DNA from: Eledone cirrhosa
Lineage: Eukaryota
Assembly (NCBI GenBank): GCA_964016885.1
Contig: OZ024745.1
Coordinates: 25,048,001 to 25,112,000, forward strand
Length of the DNA stretch: 64,000 nucleotides
Reading direction: 5' to 3'
The position numbers were made by a program, and so were the translations under genes. The first letter of the stretch is position 1. Each line of letters starts with the position of its first letter. This document shows, piece after piece, positions 55,660-64,000 of this stretch. A model generated the notes under the pieces. That model was given only the letters and a program-made list of their open reading frames with translations, ran no database searches and was not told the origin of the DNA.

Positions 55660-56774
55660 TAGATAGATAAGTAAAATGGTAGTGCTGGTGCTGTAATAAA
55701 ATGTACATGCTGCAAAGTGATTGGAATTAAGAAGGGCATCCAGCTATAGAAATAATGCCAAAATGGAACATATGAACAAAACAGTCATGACTTGTCAAAT
55801 CTCAGTATGTGACAACCTGCCTAACACATGCCAGCATAGAAAATAGATGTACAATGGTGATGATGATGTGTGTGTGTGTGTGGAAACAGGACAATTCGTC
55901 TAACCCATGCTAGCGTGGAAACATTGACGTAAAATGGTGATGACGATGGAAACCATGGAGAAGGAAGACCTAAGAAAGCTTGGGATGAAGTGATAAAAGC
56001 TGACATTACACAATTAAACCTGTCAAAGGAGATGACATAGGATCAAGATCTCTGGTGTTATGATGTACTGCAGAAGAACCACTTTCACAGGAATGTGCAC
56101 AGGATAAAACAAGCATGCAGAGAATACTAGTTTGCACTAATCTACCTATCACTCACTCATTTACCCTCCCTAATCTTAATAACTACTCCCTCCACCTGCC
56201 TCACCAGCTAAATATCCCATTCACTTTGGACATGTCCAACTTGCTTACATGTGCCACCCCAACCCTCACCTGATACACCTCTCCAGCCTAACCTGTACTC
56301 CAAATTTGATCTTCTATAATGCTGTTGCCACGACAAAAAAAAAAAAAAAAGCATCAAGTTCACTCTGTAAGGTGGCCGTGCCAGTGACACAAAATGCTCC
56401 TATTCCACTCTGCACAGTGGTCGTGTTGGTAACACAAGAAAAAAAGCATTCAGTCTACCCGGTAGGGTAGTTATGCTGGTAACATGACAAAAATGCCCAG
56501 GCCACTTTGCAACATGGTTATGCTGGTGACACAATGAAAAAGCACCCAGTCCATCTTGTTAGATGGTTGTTTTGGTGTCACAATAAAAATAACCCAGTCC
56601 ACACTGTAACGTGGTTGCCATTAGGAAGGGCATCCAGTTCTAGAAACCAAGCCAAAATACAGATCCATATGAGCAAAATGTGGTCACCTGGCCTAACTTG
56701 TCTCATAACGTGACAATGCATCTAACCCATTCAAGCATGGAGAAATAGATGTTAAATAATGATGATATATGTAT

Positions 56775-57124
56775 CAGTGGCGAAGGATAACCTGGAAAGC
56801 AGGGCATGCAGTTCAATCGCCATGGCGGAAAGTGGGGCTGTGCAGCCTTACCCCCCCCCCCCCCCCCAATCCATCTAAATGACCCTCCCGGTCAAAGCCA
56901 CATGTAGTGTTATCTAGGGTGTGTGTGTGTTATCTTTTTATGTTTCTACGATTTAGTAAGCAGTCAAAATTCTGCTTGCCCCAAAGCTGTCGTGTGTTTG
57001 TGTGTATGTGTTATCTTTTTTTGTGTCTATAAGTTTTAGTAAGCAGCCAAAATTCAGCTTGCTTCAACCAACGCAATTGATCAATTCAAGATTCTAAAAC
57101 GCATGCACGGACCCTTCGCCCCTG
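56775..57124. mobile_element. hAT-type MITE
   Basis: TIRs CAGTGGCGAAGG / CCTTCGCCCCTG (11 of 12 match), 8-bp TSD ATATGTAT / ATGTGTAT, and an internal tandem duplication. Confidence 0.75.
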
Positions 57125-57132
57125 ATGTGTAT

Positions 57133-57168
<36 letters not shown>

Positions 57169-60100
57169 CCCCTTACCTCCCTTCTTCTCACTTTTCGAGG
57201 TTCATGAAGGTAGTTCGAAATCCTAACATATTCGCCTTGTCTAATATACGTACTTGTATTGGATTATTTCACCCAAATCTCCTGAGATGCTATAAGCCAT
57301 GATGGCTACCTATCTCACAATTTCCTTCCCGCCCACCTCCTCACACCACCATAGCCTATTCGACTAATCAAACCTCAGCAACATGTCCCGCCATCCCACC
57401 CATTACCAACCCCAACAAACTCTGCCATTACTACTACTACCTTTCTTTTCGCCCTTACCAGCCCCAACAAACCCTGCCATCATTACCACCACTGTTCTTC
57501 TAGCCCTGAATTCTATTACCATTATGTATGGATGAGCTGAGGATAAATGGAGCAACCCCGAATTAATAAATGAATATGAATCCGCGAGTTACCAAGCACC
57601 CATGCAAAGCTTTAATTCAGAGACAGGAAGCATGCACACACCTCCACAAAAATTTACCCTTTTCCCATGAATGATGGCAAATGCCCAAAACTCTGAGTTA
57701 GAACCATCAATGTAAGCACAATGAAAGGAAGAGGAGAAATTGTAGAGATGCTAGAGCGAAAGGAAATTGATGTATGCTGTGTGCAAGAGACTAGATGGAG
57801 AGGAGAGTCCACTAGAGTCCTTGTAGGCAAAAGTCAGTGCTACAAATTCTGGGTGGGAAATGGCAATGGGATGGGTGGTGTAGGCATCCTACTAGCTGAC
57901 AAATGGGTAGATAAGGTAATCTCAGTAAACAGGGTGAATGCAAGAATCATTAAACTCAGACTAGTCCTGAATAGAACAATTACCACAATAATATCAGCTT
58001 ACGCACCCCAATCAGGGTTGCCAGACGAACTTAAGGAAAGGTTATATGAGTCCCTAATGCACACTACTGCCCTAACATACGTCAATGACTTCATAATCCT
58101 TGCAGGAGATTTTAACGGACACGTAGGTAGACAATGTGACGGCTTCTATAGAGTCCATGGAGGCCACGGGTTTGGGACAAGAAATGAAGAAGGCTTCAGG
58201 CTTCTAGAATTCTGTGACGCCAATGACATGATATGTAACACAAACTTCAAAAAATGCCGACAACCATCTGATCACCTATAGATCAGGGGAGCATTCTAGT
58301 CAGATAAATGTTATCCTCATCAGAGTACGTGACAGATGGATGGTCGTAAACACAAAAGCCTTCCCTAGTGAGGAATGTACCTCCCAACATAACTTAGTTG
58401 CCAGCAACCTCACGGTCAGAACTCGACGAACTTGGAAACAGAAGGCAATCTGGAGAAGAAAAATTTGGAAGCTAAAAGACCCCTTAGCCAGTAACACATT
58501 TAAAGATATTTTACTCGACGCCTATGACAGTAAAGAAGAACAGATAGAGACAGTCAATGTAGAAGAGCACTGGGAGTTCCTAAAAAATAACTTACTAAAG
58601 GCGACAAATGAGATCTGTGGTTGGAGCAAGACCACAGGCAGGAGGAGAGTGACTTGGTGGTGGAACAGTAAGGTAGATGAGGCGATTAAGATTAAGAGAC
58701 AGGAATGGAAAGAATGGAAGAATGGGGGAAGCTAGGCGACAAGTATACTTAGCTAGAAGAGAAGCGGAGGATAGAAAATTCAAGCATGTCGAGGACCAGA
58801 AACAAGAGGTGTTCAAGATTGCAAGGCAGTGTGTCAGAGAGAATTGTGATGTCATTGGAGAGAAGTGTATCCGGAATGATAAAGGTGAGCTTACTCTCAC
58901 AAGTGCTGAGAAGAAAGATGCGTGGAAGAGCCATTATGAAAGATTACTAAATGAGGAGAATGCATGGGAAGAAGAGACCCTACCCCAAGTAGACCCTATA
59001 GAGGGGCCAGCAGTACAAGTCAACCAGTCCATTGGGTATAGCTGCCGAGATGCCGAGGGAATCTGGGTCAGTAGGTCACACCATAACCACACGTATTGTT
59101 AACCAATAACTAGAAGGTGTCATACCAAAGGATTGGTGCAGCAGCATCATTGTCAACTGCTACAAGGGTAAAGGTGATGCACTAGATAGAGGAAACTATA
59201 GAAATATAAAGCTGATGGACCAGGTCATGAAAGTAACAGAGAGAGTTATAGCACAGTTGATTAGGGACAGGGTGAAACTAGATGAGATGTAATTTGGGTT
59301 TGTGCCAGGAAAAGGCACCACTGATGCCCTCTTCCTTGTGAGGAAGTTACAGGAAAAGTACCTAGCTAAAAGTAAGCCGCTCTACCTGGCATTTGTCAAT
59401 CTGGAGAAAGCCTTTGACAGAATTACATTTTTTCATTTTCATTTCATTTTACGTCCGCTTTTCCCTGCTTGCAAGGGTGGGACGGGAACTGATTCTGGCT
59501 TGATTTCTACAGCTGGATGCCCTTCCTAACACCAACCTCATTTACAGTGAGTGCTGGGTGCTTTTTTGCCGTGGCACCTCCACGACCACTTTGCAGTGGA
59601 ATGATAGGGACTGGGGTTCCTATCATCTCATTTCTACAGCTGAGTAAACTGGAGCAATGTGAAATAAAGTGTCTTGCTCAAGGAAACAACACATCACCCG
59701 GTCTGAGAATTGAACTCACAACCTTTCGATTGCAAGGCCAATGCTCTAACCACTAAGCCATGTGCTATAATCTGGTGGGCTCTTAGAAAACTAAGAGTAG
59801 ATGAATGGCTTGTGAAAGCTGTACAAGTCATGTATAGGGTGGCAGTCAGCAAAGTTAGGATTAGCAATGACTATAGCAAGGAATTTAGCATACAGGTCGG
59901 TATCCACTAGGGCTCTGTTCTTAGCCCTCTCCTGTTCATCATAGTTTTGCAGGCAATAACGGAGGAGTTCAAGACCGGATGCCCATGGGAACTCCTGTAT
60001 GCAGATGACCTCGCACTTATAGCTGAATCTATGGTAGAACTAGAGAAGAAATTCCAAACATGGAAGCAGGGACTAGAAAGAAAGGGTCTCAAAGTCAACC

Positions 60101-61148
60101 TGACAAAGACTAAGGTCCTTGTAAGTAGACGAGAAAACAGAACCCAGTTCCGCTCAGGGAAATGGCCTTGCTCAGTATGTAGGAAAGGTGTAGGGAGGAA
60201 CTCCATCCTCTGCCCCAAATACAAACAATGGGTACACAACAGATGTAGTGGGATCTCAGGAAGCTTAACTAAGAATGTAGGCTTCACATGTAGCAACTGC
60301 GCTGCGACAGCAAGCAGCAAACAGCCACAGGAAACAAGCACCACCAAACTCTGGGAGGGCTCTGTAGAAACAGTAGACAGCTTCTGCTACCTAGGTGACC
60401 GAATTAGCAGCGGAGGCAGATGTTCGGAAAGTACAATAACTAGGGTAAGAACGGGATGGAAGAAGTTCAGGGAGCTACTGCCACTGCTAGCTGCAAAAGG
60501 CTTTTCTCTCAAAATGAAAGGCAGACTGTATGATGTGTGTATACGAACAGCAATGTTACATAGTAGTGTGACCTGGGCGCTGTCTATAGAAGACTTGCGT
60601 AGATTAGAAAGAAACGAAGCCTGCATGCTCCGATGGATGTGTAATAGTAATATACGCGAACGGCAAAGCATAAACGAATTGAGAAAGAGACTGAGCATAA
60701 GAGGAATCAAATGCTGTGTGCAGGAGAGGAGGTTGTGTTGGAATAGACATGTGATACGTATGAAGGATGACAGCTGCATAAAAAGGTGCAGAGCACTAAA
60801 AGTCAATGGAAGCCGCGGAGTGGGGAGACCCAAGAAGACCTGGGATGAGGTGATAAAAGCCGACACACGACCGTGACCTCTGGCGTCACGCAGTCATACA
60901 GAAGATCCGATACCCCAAGGGTACAAGCCGAAGCTGAAGCATATAGACAATATGCCCCCCACCCCCTCCCACTGCAAAAAAACACCCAGCACTCACTGTA
61001 AATGAGGTTGGTGTTAGGAAGAGCATCCAGCTGTAGAAATCAAGCCAGAATCAGTTCCCGTATGAGCAAGACATGGTCAGCCCACAACAGGACAACCCGT
61101 CTAACCGATGCTAGCGTGGAAGAACGGACATAAAACGGTGATGATGAT
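57169..61148 (+). mobile_element. RTE LINE family B, apparently full length, disabled, containing a nested SINE
   Basis: 5'UTR, APE and RT fragments (57721-60876), 3'UTR and tail; (TA)n immediately on both sides. Confidence 0.9.
59426..59765 (-). mobile_element. CORE-type SINE nested antisense in RTE-B
   Basis: Interrupts the RT coding sequence between KAFDR and IWWALRK. Confidence 0.9.
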
Positions 61149-62793
61149 ATATATATACACACATGATCATCATCTTTTATTCATTCATTTTCAATGCTGG
61201 CATGAATTATATGTCACCACAGAGATTAGACATGGTCAGAGAACCACTACTTGTTGATATGTTCCATATTTGGCATGGATGTTCTGAAAGTACAACAGCT
61301 AAAATAAGAACCAGTCGGAAAAAGTTCAGAGAGTTATCACCTTTGCTGGCAACAGAAGGTTTCTCACAGAGAAAGAGAGAGAGAGGAGAGCATATTGTAT
61401 GATGCTTGTGTATGCAGTGCGATACATGGGCAATGAATGTAGAGGATTTGCAGAATCTAGAAAGAAGCAAATTGAGTATGGTAGGCATGTAATATTAGTG
61501 TACATCAATGATAGAGCACATAAGACCTGAGAAAAAAAAATGGGTATAAGAAGAATCAGATGCAGTGAACATTCAATAAAGAGGTAATGCTGGTGCCAAA
61601 TAAAACTCACTCCACCCACACTCTAAAGTGGTCATGCTGATACCACAATACAATGCACCTAATCCACTCTTAAAGTGGCTGGTGTTAAGAAGGACATCCA
61701 ACCGGAGAAATCATGCCAAACTGGAACATATGAGCAAGATGTGGTCATCTGATATGTCTAGTCACCTAACGTGACAACACGTCCAACCCATGCCAACATG
61801 GAAAACGGACGTCGAATGATATATATATATATACATAGTTATACATGTGTGTGCATATGTAGGTGTTTAAGCTTATGATTTGTTTATGTCTTGTTACTTA
61901 GCATTTCGACAAAATGAAATCGATAAAACAAGTACCAGACTTTGAAAAAAAAAAAAAAGGATAGAGGGTCGATATGATTGACTAAATCCCTTTCAGTATA
62001 ACTGCTATCTAGTAACTGAAATCGATAAAAGAATAAAAAGTGGCAGTTATTTGTAATACAGGTTTCGCCTATATACTTGGCATGTCGTGTATGCTGCGAA
62101 ATGACCATGTCATCTCTGTCGTAAAGGTTACCCTCTTTAATGTCTTCCATTCAGCTCTACGTCTTCTCTCGTTTGCTCCAAGTTTGATATGTTTTCAATG
62201 GCTGATTATATAAGGGGGGAAATACAGTAACATTCATAATAAATCTTGTTTGAAGGAAACGGAAATATTTTTTACCGAATCGCTGGATTCAATTCACATG
62301 CTCCGTTCATATATACACACAACGAATCCAATGAAAACGAGATCCTTTGTCAATGATACCCATATACATACATCCGCACGGGTTCAACAAGAGGGCCATA
62401 AACTTTAACTCATATATATTATATATACGCAATGAATCCAGTAATTTAGAGATGTGTTCTTCAAACGAGAGCTATTGTCTGATAGATACCTGGAAAAACA
62501 GCCTTTTAAGTTCACACCCAGCTGGAGCGGAAGGGGTTATCGCAAGAGATTCCCAGGAATCGCTAAACCTACTCCCACATAAACGACTACGGTACGGTAA
62601 AAACGTGATTGTTCCATAAGCATAAAGAAACCGAACAGCGATTGACATAGTTTTATTGAGTATATATAATAAAGTTAAGTATTGCTTTTCAGTAGTCAGA
62701 TGTACACGTAGAAGAGAAATGTAAGCTGAATCAGCCATGCAGCCTCGACTTGTATTAAACACAACAGTTAAATCTCCCTCAGAAAATAATAAT

Positions 62794-62846
62794 TGTTTCT
62801 ATTTTAGGCACAAGGCCAGCAATTACCCAGTGCATTACTGGTACTT
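62794..62846 (-). mobile_element. 5'-truncated Meta-type SINE with 19-bp TSD
   Basis: TCCCTCAGAAAATAATAAT at 62775-62793 and 62847-62865. Confidence 0.85.
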
Positions 62847-63131
62847 TCCCTCAGAAAATAATAATACGACCCGGTATGTGTATTGTGTCTGTGAAAAAGG
62901 GGGAGGGATTGTTACGGCTGAAATTTGATTCTGAACATCAAAGATCAGCTTGATCGAAATTGAATTGGGTGGGCATTTACGTAACATATTGTTTAGGTGA
63001 TGACTCAAGACTAACAGGGATAATACATTTAGTGAATAGGTAAGTATGACTAGTGTAAAATATATATTAATAAATATACCATCAAATAAAATACATGCCT
63101 AGTACATACACACATTAATATAATATATAAT

Positions 63132-63208
63132 TGTTTCTACGTTTGGCACAAGGCCAGCAATTACCCAGTGCATTACTGGTACTTTATTTTATCGACCCCG
63201 TAAGGATG
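63132..63208 (-). mobile_element. 5'-truncated Meta-type SINE with 11-bp TSD
   Basis: TAATATATAAT at 63121-63131 and 63209-63219. Confidence 0.8.
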
Positions 63209-63656
63209 TAATATATAATAAGAGAAAGAGAGGGAGAGGTTGGAGATTAATGGGTATAAAAACAAACATTTACATGAGGTGACTCCATGAATTACTCGTT
63301 AGCTTTGGCAAAACTCGAGTCCCAGTCAACCAATACATATATATAATCAAGACGTATTGGAGTCCGTGAGCTAAGATCACAATCGTATGTACTTTGTTGC
63401 AAATAATATACACACACTGTTTGCTAGTATACATATTTCCTTTCTTTCGATAGTAAATCTCACTGTACAACAATTTGGGAGTAGAAAGTAATTACAGTAA
63501 GGTGGTCCGTGGGGAAATTCATTGAAATAAATATGTCTTTAGTAATGAAAATGTTGTATGTGACCAGGTCGCAATCAGTTCGACGACAATTTTGACACCA
63601 AGAGAAATAAATGTAGAGTGAAGTTAATCTTCCACGCTGTAATTGGTGTTTTTATG

Positions 63657-63694
<38 letters not shown>

Positions 63695-63757
63695 ATTCCG
63701 GGTTGAATCGGAGGTAACCACACTAAGTAAGGTACTCAATACATAGCAGAGTATAAA

Positions 63758-63811
63758 AGTTTTAATATAGATGAGATTCTAGTCCTGTAGAATCTCATCT
63801 ATATTAAAACT
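63758..63811. repeat. Perfect 24-bp inverted repeat with 6-nt loop
   Basis: AGTTTTAATATAGATGAGATTCTA-GTCCTG-TAGAATCTCATCTATATTAAAACT, followed by a (TA)n-rich tract to the window end. Confidence 0.95.
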
Positions 63812-63823
63812 ATATATATATAT

Positions 63824-63860
<37 letters not shown>

Positions 63861-63902
63861 AATATATATATATAGTTTTATATATATATATAAATATATA
63901 TA

Positions 63903-63940
<38 letters not shown>

Positions 63941-64000
63941 TATATATATTTATATATATATAGTTTTATATATATATATATATATAAATATATATATATA

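Larger units (their letters stand above)
62140..63600 (-). pseudogene. Candidate SINE-disrupted membrane-protein (possibly 7TM) pseudogene
   Basis: Non-repetitive CpG-retaining sequence with a long hydrophobic open frame after SINE removal; no family could be assigned with certainty. Confidence 0.25.

Noticed and set aside
56330-56640. CRISPR-like regularly spaced repeats (also 32140-32640 and 37490-37750)
   Set aside because: The units are degenerate tandem copies of the RTE 3'UTR motif with no unique spacers; the context is eukaryotic and no cas genes are present.
57280-57380. HDV-like ribozyme in the RTE-B 5'UTR
   Set aside because: CCTCCTC and CTAAT motifs are present, but I could not build the P1/P3 pairings by eye; an Infernal/RNArobo search on the consensus would be needed.
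61884-62150. MEDIKEG.. ORF as GOLPH3 exon 1
   Set aside because: Lacks LTLMEEVLLLGLKD, and its possible donors are not phase 0.

Overview
AT-rich, microsatellite-dense eukaryotic DNA. The repeat families and the single-exon tandem C2H2 gene suggest a mollusc, most likely an octopus (inference). Two genes are clear: a 15-finger C2H2 zinc-finger gene (+, CDS 12261-13628) and the last two coding exons of GOLPH3 (-, 35598-35844 and 30740-31164). I could not find the first coding exon of GOLPH3 in the window. Most other sequence is transposon-derived: two younger RTE LINE families carrying a PHD-like Cys/His finger and preferentially flanked by (TA)n; a tRNA-headed CORE-type SINE sharing the RTE 3' tail; a Meta-domain-type SINE; remnants of CRE-, HERO-, Expander/Rex3- and BovB-type LINEs; a decayed hATm-like transposase; and piggyBac, mariner/pogo and hAT MITEs. 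Two decayed tRNA-Leu genes are also present. Most interesting: the (TA)n-associated RTE/SINE partnership with microhomology and fold-back junctions, a flipped hairpin loop in one SINE copy, an ~185-codon hydrophobic ORF revealed only after removing a TSD-flanked SINE (possible 7TM pseudogene), and a promoter-like island inside the presumed GOLPH3 intron. Repeat boundaries were read by eye and are approximate unless stated otherwise.
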